Counted from the first letter of the stretch, positions 48,103-57,744 are shown. The stretch is DNA of 64,000 bases from Candidatus Woesebacteria bacterium (GCA_003484955.1 DMZH01000003.1:47815-111814), one strand, 5' to 3'. The notes: a model not told the origin generated them from the sequence alone. Translations and numbers: made by a program.

Positions 48103-48615
48103 ATGCAATCAGCCCGTGGTAAACAAAAATAACTATATCGTAAAAGCTCTCAGCGACTAGAGGCATCTTTTAGATGCTCTAATTGTCGCGCCATCCTTTC
48201 GGCTGATCCGCTAGGCACAAGACACAGAAACCATTGCCCGCTTTGCCTGTGGTCTAAACATGTAGACCTGAATACACCAGGAGATCGTAGGTCAAGCTGT
48301 TGTGCCAGAATGAGGCCACTAGCTCTAGCCTTTAAGAATTACGAAATCAACCCGTTTACTGGAAGGGGCGGAGGTGAACTGATGCTAATTCATCAGTGTG
48401 CTAACTGTGGCAAATTATCCCCTAACCGAATTGCTGGAGATGATAATGAGTATCAACTTCTTTCTATTTTGAGGGAATCGCTTAATCTAAACAGGGATAT
48501 TTCTAACCAACTTCAAAATTTGGGGTTAGAGCTTATCGTGTCTAAAAACAAAGAGGAGGCTTTGATTTCATTATTCGGAATCAATTACAAAAACTATTTG
48601 TCTCAAGAAGTTTAG
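48103..48615 (+). pseudogene. RNHCP-domain zinc-finger protein with an in-frame TAA at codon 10
   Basis: Frame reads MQSARGKQK*LYRK...FRCSNC...RHRNHCPLCLWSKHVD...HQCANCG...NRIAGDD. Confidence 0.8.
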
Positions 48616-48730
48616 ATCAATCTGCGGAGAACGATAAACCAGTGATTGTTACTAAACTAATGACCCATTCAATAGGCATAGTAAGTTCGAATGGCTTCCA
48701 TCCAGGGCTGCAAAATTCTTTGAAGTAATG

Positions 48731-49222
48731 TTAGGCTAACAAATCTAGTGCTGCTTTACACGTATCTTCTAATGTACTCAAGATTTGTACGTCTGGACAA
48801 TCTTGAGAAAATCTTCTTTTAATATACTTCGTTCCCGAAAAACCCTCTTCTATTCCTATCACTATTTTTGCCCCATCTCTTTCGTGTTTTACTTTCCACT
48901 CGAACAATTCTCCTCTGGTCGTCTGTGCATAAGCCCTTTCGCAAACATGCGTTTCTTCCTTTGCCAACCAAAAAATGATTACACCGTTTCCTCCAGCTCT
49001 TCTGAGATGATACGTTTCCCAATCAACTTGTTCATTATATTGAACATCTTTATTAAAAGGTCTTTTTGGCGAAGCAATAGTGATTTCAGGATTTATTCCA
49101 TTAATAATTTCTTGAGCTTTAGATTGCCAATCAGGCGCTCCCTGTATTGGACCAGCCAAAAAGATTATTGATTTTCCCCCTTCTACATATTCGGGTGGAA
49201 TATATACACTTCTTTCAGACAT
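48731..49222 (-). CDS. nucleoside 2-deoxyribosyltransferase-like protein
   Basis: IFLAGPIQGAPDWQ, QVDWE, IIFW, TRGELFEW. Confidence 0.8.
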   Translation of the reverse strand: MSERSVYIPPEYVEGGKSIIFLAGPIQGAPDWQSKAQEIINGINPEITIASPKRPFNKDVQYNEQVDWETYHLRRAGGNGVIIFWLAKEETHVCERAYAQTTRGELFEWKVKHERDGAKIVIGIEEGFSGTKYIKRRFSQDCPDVQILSTLEDTCKAALDLLA

Positions 49223-49365
49223 ACACGGATTTTATATCGTAGGTGATATTTTTTGAAGTGTTGGAATATAACAAGGCTCTTGAAGCTCAAGGTAATAAGT
49301 TCTAACATCCCTTACGACTTTCTGCCACACACTTCTCCATAAATTCCATTTGATATAATGCTCAC

Positions 49366-49821
49366 ATGCCGATAACACCAGAGGAATTCAGATCTTTTCC
49401 GGAGCCAATCAAAACTTGTCTCGAACAATTTAATGTTACATTAGTGCTTGAGGGTAATTTTCCGGAGGATCTTTACAAAAAACCTATCGCTATGTACTTA
49501 CCCAATATCACTGCTGAGCTGGTTGATAATTGTGTTGAAAAAGGGGCAAAAAGAGTTGTTCTAACCACCACTTCAAATTCTATGAAAATCGAGGATGACG
49601 TTATAGAAACGTATCCCGAAAAAACACTTAGGCTTCTAAATAAAATAAAGTCTTCATGTAAACCAATATCCACCAAAGACCTGCAAAGAAAAGGTACACC
49701 GATTCCTGCACATGGAGGTATAGGCATATTCCAAACAATGAATTTTCTAAAACGCGTTGGGGGTGACTTGAACTACTATATTGTTAATCAAAAAATTGTT
49801 GCAGAAGTTACCTGGGAATAA
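49366..49821 (+). CDS. hypothetical protein with GHKL/HATPase-like motifs
   Basis: ELVDNC (N-box-like), IEDD, GGIGI (G-box-like). Confidence 0.6.
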   Translation: MPITPEEFRSFPEPIKTCLEQFNVTLVLEGNFPEDLYKKPIAMYLPNITAELVDNCVEKGAKRVVLTTTSNSMKIEDDVIETYPEKTLRLLNKIKSSCKPISTKDLQRKGTPIPAHGGIGIFQTMNFLKRVGGDLNYYIVNQKIVAEVTWE

Positions 49822-49833
49822 ATAACTGAGGTT

Positions 49834-50472
49834 TTATATCTTAACCATTCCCAACTTTCTGGGCCAGGTTTCATTTTTGGGAGTAATCACAAACATCATC
49901 TTTTTATCAACAATATTCTTTCCTTTGATTTTGTTCGTATCCCACCATCTTTTTTCAAAATCTTTGATTCGAAATCTTCTATCCACTCCCACAAAATCGG
50001 AATAGGAATCGCAAAGTCTCAAATAGTTGGCTTTTTTGTCGACCTTGGTAATAACCGCATAATGCCCATTATCCTCATCCTCATCTTCGTAAAAAACACC
50101 CTGCCATTCTACCCCGACCGGATAGCCATATTTATTTATAGCCAAGGAGATGTCATTGATGGTAGATCGGTGTTTCCTCCAAAAAACAACCTCATTTTTA
50201 CCTAAGATGTTGGTAGCACGAGCCAGGTCGTGAATATTAAGACCCAACCGTCTGATTTTGTTTTTTGCTCTTAAAGACCTAACAATTGCAATTTGTGAGA
50301 CGTTTTTCCCCAAAAACGAAAACAACTCCAAAATTACAGCCGGGCCGCAGTGATAGCTGGAAATTTGCCTGACACGCTTCATTCCCGGAAAGGGCTTGCC
50401 GACAACCTTATCCTCAAGCTTAAGAAGCCTTTGAAGCAATTTCCTGGTTTTAATGTTTTTCTCGAGTTCCAT
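49834..50472 (-). CDS. C39-like (papain-fold) cysteine peptidase
   Basis: QISSYHCGPA, NGHYAVI, LCDSY catalytic pattern. Confidence 0.8.
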   Translation of the reverse strand: MELEKNIKTRKLLQRLLKLEDKVVGKPFPGMKRVRQISSYHCGPAVILELFSFLGKNVSQIAIVRSLRAKNKIRRLGLNIHDLARATNILGKNEVVFWRKHRSTINDISLAINKYGYPVGVEWQGVFYEDEDEDNGHYAVITKVDKKANYLRLCDSYSDFVGVDRRFRIKDFEKRWWDTNKIKGKNIVDKKMMFVITPKNETWPRKLGMVKI

Positions 50473-50518
50473 AATCGGTCTATTTTACGACTCAAACCGG
50501 GTTTTGTCCAGGTGTAAG

Positions 50519-51595
50519 CTAGGAGATATTTTTGGCGTATTTTGAAAGCAGACTGGCCATGGTGTCTGAAAATTCCACTCCATGCATTGCCATTACTTCG
50601 GTCATGGGAAGCCCCATGTCTGGCCCGAAAGCCGTATTTGGGTTGCTGTCTGTAAAATACGGCATACCGGTTTCTTCATCTACTCTGACATCGAATTTTG
50701 CATAATCTTTATGTTGCAGTGCTCCGAAAGCTCTCACTGCAAGCTTGGTAATCTCATAACGCAAATCGTCTTCAACGAAAACATATTTGTATGCCCTTAA
50801 ATCATCGTATGATTCAAAGCTTGTAAAATAATGCTTCCCGTCGGGCTTGGTTCTAAATACCTTTTGTCCCATAAAAACGTGCCTTTTTCCTCCATCATCA
50901 AAAACGACAACGGTTATCTCAGGACCATCTATAAATTTTTCCACAATTACAGGAACATGGTACGTAGAAATTAAGTTGTTTGCCCTGAGCTTAGCAGCCC
51001 GATAAGTTTCCTTGACGGCGTGATTGTTTATTCCCACACTTCCCCCACCCTCATTTAGTTTTACTATTAAAGGCAAGCCCAAATCTTCATCAATGCTCGC
51101 CCCCACCCTTCTAATAAACTGAAATGGTGGCGTATGAACATCGTAGGCCATGAGAAGTCTTTTGGTCAGATTTCTGTTATTGCCGATTATCAGACCTTCC
51201 ATCCCTGCTCCCGTATAGGGAATATTTGCCAGTTCAAGAGCTGCAGGCACTGACGGCTGGAGCTTATCTCTTCCTTTTAGGGTATCAACAAGATTTACAA
51301 CCAGATCGGGTTTATCCACCAATAGGTTTGTGTAAAAATACTGATCCCCCGGTAAAGTCCGTACAGGAATCCCCAATTTTCTGATTTCTTCGGAAACCTC
51401 AATTGCCCGTTCTTCCACTTCAACCTCTGCTTCGTAAGCTGACTGTGTAGCAAAATGCTCTCTTTGAACGCTTGAGTAGGCTACTACCACAAGTCTGAAC
51501 TTTTTTAGTGTTTCTTTATCAATATTAAGTTTGATCTTCTCTTTAGAGGAGGCTTTCTTTACTTGCGCTTCGTCTTCGTTTTTGGCAGTGGGCAT
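50519..51595 (-). CDS. D-Ala-D-Ala ligase-like ATP-grasp protein
   Basis: IPYTGAG, PLIVKLNEGGGSVGI, VEKFIDGPE, KFDVR, DSNPN. Confidence 0.8.
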   Translation of the reverse strand: MPTAKNEDEAQVKKASSKEKIKLNIDKETLKKFRLVVVAYSSVQREHFATQSAYEAEVEVEERAIEVSEEIRKLGIPVRTLPGDQYFYTNLLVDKPDLVVNLVDTLKGRDKLQPSVPAALELANIPYTGAGMEGLIIGNNRNLTKRLLMAYDVHTPPFQFIRRVGASIDEDLGLPLIVKLNEGGGSVGINNHAVKETYRAAKLRANNLISTYHVPVIVEKFIDGPEITVVVFDDGGKRHVFMGQKVFRTKPDGKHYFTSFESYDDLRAYKYVFVEDDLRYEITKLAVRAFGALQHKDYAKFDVRVDEETGMPYFTDSNPNTAFGPDMGLPMTEVMAMHGVEFSDTMASLLSKYAKNIS

Positions 51596-51637
51596 AAATA
51601 TATACTAGCAAATAGTAAAAAGAAAAAATAGGAGCTG

Positions 51638-52288
51638 GTGTATAATCTTGTTGTGGAAATCGGGGTATTAATCATATTTACTGGTGCCTCCGGCGCCGGA
51701 AAGGATTCTGTTATGGATGAATTTTTGAAAAATCCCATTGTCCAAAAATTTAACCTTAAAAAAGTGGTTACTTGTACAGACCGTCCTCCGCGACCCGGCG
51801 AGACGGACGGAATTCAATATCATTTTGTAAGTAGCACCCGACTTCAAAAAATGGCTGAAGATAATGAACTTGTTGAACCAATCACAAAATATGGAACATC
51901 AAATAAAGCAACTCCTAAGGTTGAAATTGAGAGACTTCTGGCCGGTGAAAATTTAGTTTGGAGAATTGATCCTTCCCGCGCGGCTGAAGTTGCTTCGGGG
52001 AAATTTTTCCAAAGAATTTTCCCTGAGAAGGCACATTTGCTTCAAAGTCATACAATTGTGTTTTTTGTAACTGCACCAAAAGAAGTCATTGCCGAAAGAA
52101 GAAAAAGAAGAGATCTTGATAAATATGACCCGGAAGAATATAAGGTCCGTGATGATCAAGACCAAATTTATTTAAACATACTTCAAGAAAAAGCCATTCT
52201 TATAGAAAATATTAACAGCAGACTTAATGAGGCAGTAGACACAGCCGTAAAATCCGCCGTGGGCATATATGACAAAATCAAAAACTAA
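51638..52288 (+). CDS. gmk: guanylate kinase-like protein
   Basis: GASGAGKDS, TDRPPRPGETDGIQYHFV. Confidence 0.8.
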   Translation: MYNLVVEIGVLIIFTGASGAGKDSVMDEFLKNPIVQKFNLKKVVTCTDRPPRPGETDGIQYHFVSSTRLQKMAEDNELVEPITKYGTSNKATPKVEIERLLAGENLVWRIDPSRAAEVASGKFFQRIFPEKAHLLQSHTIVFFVTAPKEVIAERRKRRDLDKYDPEEYKVRDDQDQIYLNILQEKAILIENINSRLNEAVDTAVKSAVGIYDKIKN

Positions 52289-52700
52289 AGTAATTCTAAC
52301 CGGCGGGTGCTTTGACATTCTCCACTACGGACATGTTTACTTTTTGAAAAAGGCAAAATCTTTGGGAGATTACTTGGTTGTTGCCATAGAATCGGATGAA
52401 AGAATAAGAGAGTTAAAGGGTAAAGGGCGGCCTTTTCATTCACAAAAACAAAGAAAAGAAACACTTGAGTCTTTGAAATTTGTCGATAAGGTAATTATTT
52501 TAAAAGATAAAATGACTCATCAAGATTACATTGACCTGGTTAATAAGGTTAACCCTTGTATAATCGCGGTAACCGAAGGTGACCCTATTCTTGACAAGAA
52601 AAAGGAGCAAGCAGAAATGGTTGGAGCCAAAATTGTCCAAATACCCCACATCAGAACCCACTCAACTACCCAAATATCCAAATTTTTAAATTTAGATTAA
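52269..52700 (+). CDS. cytidylyltransferase-family nucleotidyltransferase (RibL/TagD-like)
   Basis: GGCFDILHYGH, KGKGRP, STTQI. Confidence 0.85.
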   Translation: MTKSKTKVILTGGCFDILHYGHVYFLKKAKSLGDYLVVAIESDERIRELKGKGRPFHSQKQRKETLESLKFVDKVIILKDKMTHQDYIDLVNKVNPCIIAVTEGDPILDKKKEQAEMVGAKIVQIPHIRTHSTTQISKFLNLD

Positions 52701-53939
52701 TTATTCCCAAGTTTTGATTTCCGTCTGGGGTAATTTCAATTTTCTTGGCGTAACAAAAAGTAATATTATCGAGAACGTCAACACGATGACCCCTAACCAA
52801 CTAAATGTTAATCTTTCCCCAACCTTAGACGAGATTAGTCCGGCAAAAACTGGCCAAATTATATAGGAAAGGTTCATCACCGACCCGGTCAGTCCTATCA
52901 TGTCTTTCTTCTCACTTCCCATTCTGGTAAGAATATCCGTGTAAACCCCCTGCAGAAGCGGATAACAAACTGCCAACGCACTTGATGCTAAGCAAATTAT
53001 TGCAAGCTGCCAGGAAACGCTCGAGGAAAAAGCGATGGCTATAAAAAATATTCCGGACAAACCCAAAAATTTTTCAGCTAACTTTTTCTTACCGTTCGAA
53101 ATATTCCACCTGGAAAGTGGAATTCCTAAACAAATAGAAGGAAGAAGGTATAAAGGCAAAAACCATATACCCCAAGGATTAACCAAAGTTAATTTCTCCG
53201 TCCAAACCGCGCCAACTGTATAAAATGTTGCATCGATAAAACCCAACACTAGACCGATAGCCAGAGCCGGCCAAACTGTTCTGGAAAGGGTCAGCCAGTG
53301 CCTAAGTTCCGCCCACGGATTTGCATGAGAAAAATCAACAGCAGTTGGAACATCATGTCTATTTTTGTTCAGTGTTAAAAGCACTAAAGCGACAACAAGA
53401 AAAATTATTATCGTCCCCTGGGTAATCAAGATTCCGTTGGATAAAAGCTCTGCGGCAATAAACGGTCCCAGGAAATATGCCAGATTGACAAAAATTCCGG
53501 TAAATCCCCAGGCAGCGGCTCTCATTTGACTGGGAACAACCGTTCCCATAAATTGAAAGTTGGCAAAATTTACAAGTTCATAATAAATTCCCCAGAGAGT
53601 CATTGTGGCAATAAAAATAGCCAGTAAAGGTTTAAACGTAGACGCGCTTAAGAAAAACGACGTTAAGGCAGAAACCAATATTGCCCAAAAAATCAGGCGT
53701 CTTGTACGAACAGTCTTAAAAATTCTGGGGAAAATCAAATCGGCAGAAAACCCCACAATTGATTGAAAACTGATAATAGCACCCATAATAACCGGGTTTT
53801 GCAATGAATTTTGAATTTGATTCGGAGCCCAAAAAGCAATAATAGAGTCAGACAAACGTAGAAAAAATAAAATCAAAGAGAAAGTAAGAAGCCTATTCCA
53901 AACAAGATTCTCTTTAAACATCAAAATATACCTTTTCAC
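52701..53939 (-). CDS. MFS transporter
   Basis: About 12 TM segments, 412 aa. Confidence 0.8.
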   Translation of the reverse strand: MKRYILMFKENLVWNRLLTFSLILFFLRLSDSIIAFWAPNQIQNSLQNPVIMGAIISFQSIVGFSADLIFPRIFKTVRTRRLIFWAILVSALTSFFLSASTFKPLLAIFIATMTLWGIYYELVNFANFQFMGTVVPSQMRAAAWGFTGIFVNLAYFLGPFIAAELLSNGILITQGTIIIFLVVALVLLTLNKNRHDVPTAVDFSHANPWAELRHWLTLSRTVWPALAIGLVLGFIDATFYTVGAVWTEKLTLVNPWGIWFLPLYLLPSICLGIPLSRWNISNGKKKLAEKFLGLSGIFFIAIAFSSSVSWQLAIICLASSALAVCYPLLQGVYTDILTRMGSEKKDMIGLTGSVMNLSYIIWPVFAGLISSKVGERLTFSWLGVIVLTFSIILLFVTPRKLKLPQTEIKTWE

Positions 53940-53965
53940 AAACTAATAATGAGGCAAGTGAGAAG

Positions 53966-54973
53966 TTATTTCAACCTTGCAATTTGCGCATCAACCATCA
54001 GGTGAACTAAATCCTTGAATGTAGTTTTTGGAGTCCAACCTAAAACTTTCTTTGCTTTTGAAGGATTGGCAACGAGTGGTCCTGTTTCTGTAGGGCGGAT
54101 AAATCTGTCATCAACTACCACATGATCTTTCCAGTTAAGCCCCACATAGCCATATGATTCCTCACAAAGTTCCTGAATTGTGTGGGTTTCCCCGGTTCCG
54201 ATTACGAAATCGTCCGGTTTGTCCTGCTGTAGTATAAGCCACATGGCTTCAACATAATCCCCGGCAAATCCCCAATCGCGCTTTGCCTGAAGATTTCCAA
54301 GAGCTACTTTTCCGTTTTTGACAATTGGCTCGCCTTCTTCGTTGAGATGTTCGGAACTTTTAACTCCAAGTTTCGCACAGGCTGCAGCATATGTAACTTT
54401 TTGAGTTACAAAACCAAGATGTCTTCGGGGCGACTCGTGATTAAACAAAATTCCGTTTGAAGCAAACATATTATAGCTTTCCCTGTATATTTTGGTCATG
54501 GCATGAGCATAAAGCTTTGAAGCCGCATAGGGATTGGCCGGATTAAATGGAGTTTCTTCGTTTTGAGGAATTTCTCTTACCCACCCGAACATTTCGCTGC
54601 TGCTGGCTTGATAGAATCTTGATTTTGGAACAACATCCAGAGTCGCATCCAGAACTCTGTGAGCTCCAATTGCGGTAATCTCTGCCGTATGAATCGGCTG
54701 CCTAAAGCTTTCCGCGGGGTGACTTTGAGACGCTAGATTATAAACTTCATCGGGTTTAGATTTTTGCAACGCCTCACGAATCGAAATCGGGTCCAGTAGA
54801 TCCGCCTGAATCAAATTTAACTCTTCTTGAATGTGGGAAATGTTGGCATAAGCCATATTACTGGTTTTTCTCACAATCCCTGTAACAATATAATCTTTCT
54901 TAAGAAGAAGTTCCGCAAGGTAACTTCCGTCCTGGCCGGTAATTCCTGTAATTAATGCTACTTTTTTAGACAT
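53966..54973 (-). CDS. gmd: GDP-mannose 4,6-dehydratase
   Basis: GITGQDGSYL, YQASSSEMFG, FNHESPRR, KRDWG. Confidence 0.95.
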   Translation of the reverse strand: MSKKVALITGITGQDGSYLAELLLKKDYIVTGIVRKTSNMAYANISHIQEELNLIQADLLDPISIREALQKSKPDEVYNLASQSHPAESFRQPIHTAEITAIGAHRVLDATLDVVPKSRFYQASSSEMFGWVREIPQNEETPFNPANPYAASKLYAHAMTKIYRESYNMFASNGILFNHESPRRHLGFVTQKVTYAAACAKLGVKSSEHLNEEGEPIVKNGKVALGNLQAKRDWGFAGDYVEAMWLILQQDKPDDFVIGTGETHTIQELCEESYGYVGLNWKDHVVVDDRFIRPTETGPLVANPSKAKKVLGWTPKTTFKDLVHLMVDAQIARLK

Positions 54974-55074
54974 TACAAGAAATCATAACATATGTTAAAA
55001 TTACAAGCTAGTATCACCAGGAAGGAGGCGATTTAAATTTATGTTTACCGCATAAGCGGAGATATATTCAAAAT

Positions 55075-55269
55075 ATGTTTATTATTAAAAAGAAAAAAGG
55101 AGAAAGCGACGACAAGCTTATTGCCCGCTTTCGTAAAAAAACGATAGTCGAAGGTGTCATGCAGGAGTATCGCGACCGCGAACACTACAAAAAACCGGCT
55201 GAAAGAAGAAAAGAGGCCAAGTATCGCATCGCCCACTCTATCGAGCTTGAGAAAAAGAGGAGTTATTAA
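55075..55269 (+). CDS. rpsU: 30S ribosomal protein S21
   Basis: GESDDKLIARFRKK, REHYKKPAERRK. Confidence 0.88.
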   Translation: MFIIKKKKGESDDKLIARFRKKTIVEGVMQEYRDREHYKKPAERRKEAKYRIAHSIELEKKRSY

Positions 55270-55894
55270 AATAGCTTTCCACAAATTTCTTTCTGTGCAA
55301 TCTGGTCAGTCCGTATTTTTGGATAACATTTCTGTGAATAAGCGTGCCGTAGCCTTTATTTTTATCCCACCCGTATTTTTTGTATTTACGGTTATTAGAT
55401 AATTTGGCCATAAGCTTATCACGGTAAACTTTGGCTATGATTGAGGCCGCAGCAATTGAAATTGATTTAGTATCCCCTTTTATAATCGGTTTTTGATTCT
55501 TTCGGCGCAACCCTCTTACATAAGGAACGTAAAAAGCATCAATTAAAATATAATTTATCTCGATCCCACAGTTTTTTATCGCTTTCCTAAAAGCTATCTC
55601 ACTGGCTTTTTTGATTCCAAATTTATTAATTTGAGCAACACTCGACTTTCCAATTCCAAAAACCAGTGCGTTTTTTCTGATCCATTTATCAGCAATTTCT
55701 CTTTGTCTAGGAGTTAATTTCTTCGAGTCATTAATCTTAGGTGGGTTTTCCCATTTATCATTAAGACCAAAAACAACAGCCCCTGCCACAACCGGTCCCG
55801 CAAAACAACCTCTTCCAACCTCATCCATGCCGGCAATAATTCTGTATCCTTTTTTAGAGACTGTCTTTTCGAAAGAAAAATCCGGAAGATTCAT
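55238..55894 (-). CDS. rnhB: ribonuclease HII
   Basis: GMDEVGRG, DSKKL, IAAASIIAKV, KGYGT. Confidence 0.96.
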   Translation of the reverse strand: MNLPDFSFEKTVSKKGYRIIAGMDEVGRGCFAGPVVAGAVVFGLNDKWENPPKINDSKKLTPRQREIADKWIRKNALVFGIGKSSVAQINKFGIKKASEIAFRKAIKNCGIEINYILIDAFYVPYVRGLRRKNQKPIIKGDTKSISIAAASIIAKVYRDKLMAKLSNNRKYKKYGWDKNKGYGTLIHRNVIQKYGLTRLHRKKFVESYFNNSSFSQAR

Positions 55895-56286
55895 TTTTTA
55901 ATCCGTTCCCTATACTTTCTGGGATACCTGTCATACAAAAAAGTGGCAAACCTGTCTACTAATTCATTCCGTTCTCCTGTAGACATTTCACCAAGACTGA
56001 TTTTGACCCTTATTGCCGAATTGCTGTTTACTACCCTTCCGGCCAATGTTACGTGCCCTACCCCGGCCAGAAAATACTGAAAACAGGCTTTCTTTAAGCT
56101 CATCGTCGCCTTCTCTTCAATTTCCTCCCAATAATCCATATCTGCAACACCAAATACACTTTCCGGGTACTCACCCTTTAATCCAACCAAAACAGATTCC
56201 CACGAACCCTCGGCAATTTTAAACTTAGGCTTTTTTTCATCCTCAAATCGGATGGGTCTTTTCTCACTTTCAGCTCCCATGGCCAA
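55891..56286 (-). CDS. hypothetical protein
   Basis: 131-aa ORF coupled to rnhB, TGTATAAT upstream. Confidence 0.6.
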   Translation of the reverse strand: MAMGAESEKRPIRFEDEKKPKFKIAEGSWESVLVGLKGEYPESVFGVADMDYWEEIEEKATMSLKKACFQYFLAGVGHVTLAGRVVNSNSAIRVKISLGEMSTGERNELVDRFATFLYDRYPRKYRERIKK

Positions 56287-56349
56287 TTATACACCGAGAG
56301 GCAATCTATCTTGTGCGCTTCAGAATAATTTGATACAATTCACATCTAG

Positions 56350-56535
56350 ATGAAATCGGTCGTTACTTTCTTTTCAGAAGTAAGAAGTGAACTTTCCAAG
56401 GTTACCTGGCCAAAGAAAAATGAAGTCGTCAGACTTACGAGTATCGTTCTTTTGGTTTCGGTGATTGTTGGATTTTACGTAGGAGGACTCGATTATTTGT
56501 TCACAACAGTTTTGACAAGAATATTAACTAAATAA
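56350..56535 (+). CDS. secE: preprotein translocase subunit SecE
   Basis: ELSKVTWP, single TM, upstream of nusG. Confidence 0.95.
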   Translation: MKSVVTFFSEVRSELSKVTWPKKNEVVRLTSIVLLVSVIVGFYVGGLDYLFTTVLTRILTK

Positions 56536-56544
56536 ACAATAACT

Positions 56545-57174
56545 ATGAACGAAGACACAAAACAGCAAGAAACAGTTGCAGGAGTAGCAGAAAGAGGTAT
56601 CGGACATAAAAAGATCCAGGGCCACATGATCCTTGCCCAGACAACCGATCCTAAAGCAAAGTGGTATGTAGTTCATACCTCTTCGGGCCATGAGGTACGT
56701 GTCATGGACACCCTCCGCCAGAGAGTTGAAACCATGAACCTGGAAGGTAGGGTTTTTGAAATGTTGGTTCCGACACAAGACAGAGTTATTATCAGAAGTG
56801 GTAAAAAAGCAACCATCAAGGAAAAGATTTTTCCGGGATACCTTCTTGTAAAGATGATTTTGGACGATCCGACTTGGCTTGCCGTCAGGACAACTGCCGG
56901 AATTACGGGGTTTGTAGGAGCGGGAAATAAACCCACCCCTCTTTCCGATGCTGAAGTTGCAAACATCCAGAAATTTATCAGCTCTCCCGCTCCCAGATTT
57001 AAGACCAAATTTAGTGTTGGTGAGGCTATTAAAATCGTCGACGGGCCTTTTTCGGATTTTCTTGGAACAATCCATGAAATTGATGAGGAAAAAGGTAAAG
57101 TCAAAGTTTTGGTTTCAATTTTCGGCCGCGAAACACCGGTCGAGCTTGATTTTCTACAAATTCAGAAAGTTTAA
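56545..57174 (+). CDS. nusG: transcription termination/antitermination factor NusG
   Basis: WYVVHT, FPGY, KOW motif GPFSDFLG, IFGRETPVEL. Confidence 0.97.
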   Translation: MNEDTKQQETVAGVAERGIGHKKIQGHMILAQTTDPKAKWYVVHTSSGHEVRVMDTLRQRVETMNLEGRVFEMLVPTQDRVIIRSGKKATIKEKIFPGYLLVKMILDDPTWLAVRTTAGITGFVGAGNKPTPLSDAEVANIQKFISSPAPRFKTKFSVGEAIKIVDGPFSDFLGTIHEIDEEKGKVKVLVSIFGRETPVELDFLQIQKV

Positions 57175-57470
57175 TGTCTGAAAATTTAAATAAAAAAGAG
57201 GGGTTCGATTCTCCAGACTATCCCACAGTTCTTGACGTTGTTATTTGGAAAGACACCCATTATCAAGTAGTTGGCATTGCGCAGACAAAATCTTACAAAA
57301 ATGACCTGTTCACTGTTCAGGGGCTGGAGGATAAAGATACACCTTTCCGAATTAAAGGTGCTAGATTCCATCGTACAATAAGCCAAGACCCACCGGAAGG
57401 AAGGGTTTATAAAAGAGAAGAAGGCGTGAGAGTTACAGGAGAACTTCTTGGCGGAAAACGACACATTTAA
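57174..57470 (+). CDS. hypothetical protein
   Basis: TAATG overlap with the nusG stop. Confidence 0.55.
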   Translation: MSENLNKKEGFDSPDYPTVLDVVIWKDTHYQVVGIAQTKSYKNDLFTVQGLEDKDTPFRIKGARFHRTISQDPPEGRVYKREEGVRVTGELLGGKRHI

Positions 57471-57685
57471 GGTTTTGTTGGGTCTTTCCTCGGAGCAGGC
57501 ATGCCTTCAACAACCTCTTGATAAATATCTGCTACGATTTTTCCGTCTTTTCCGGTTTTGATATCAAGTCTTACTCCGTGTTGCTCGGCCGCTTTAGACA
57601 GCTTAGATGAAGAAACACTTCCTATTGGCACATCCTTAGCGACTGGTATTACCCAATCAACCTTTTCGCTAGCGTCTTCTGACAT
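57467..57685 (-). CDS. hypothetical protein
   Basis: 72-aa ORF, convergent stop overlap with the previous gene. Confidence 0.5.
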   Translation of the reverse strand: MSEDASEKVDWVIPVAKDVPIGSVSSSKLSKAAEQHGVRLDIKTGKDGKIVADIYQEVVEGMPAPRKDPTKP

Positions 57686-57744
57686 ACGTATATATTACAA
57701 TAATTCTACTTTACTCCGCAACTTTCCAATGATACAATGCCCTT

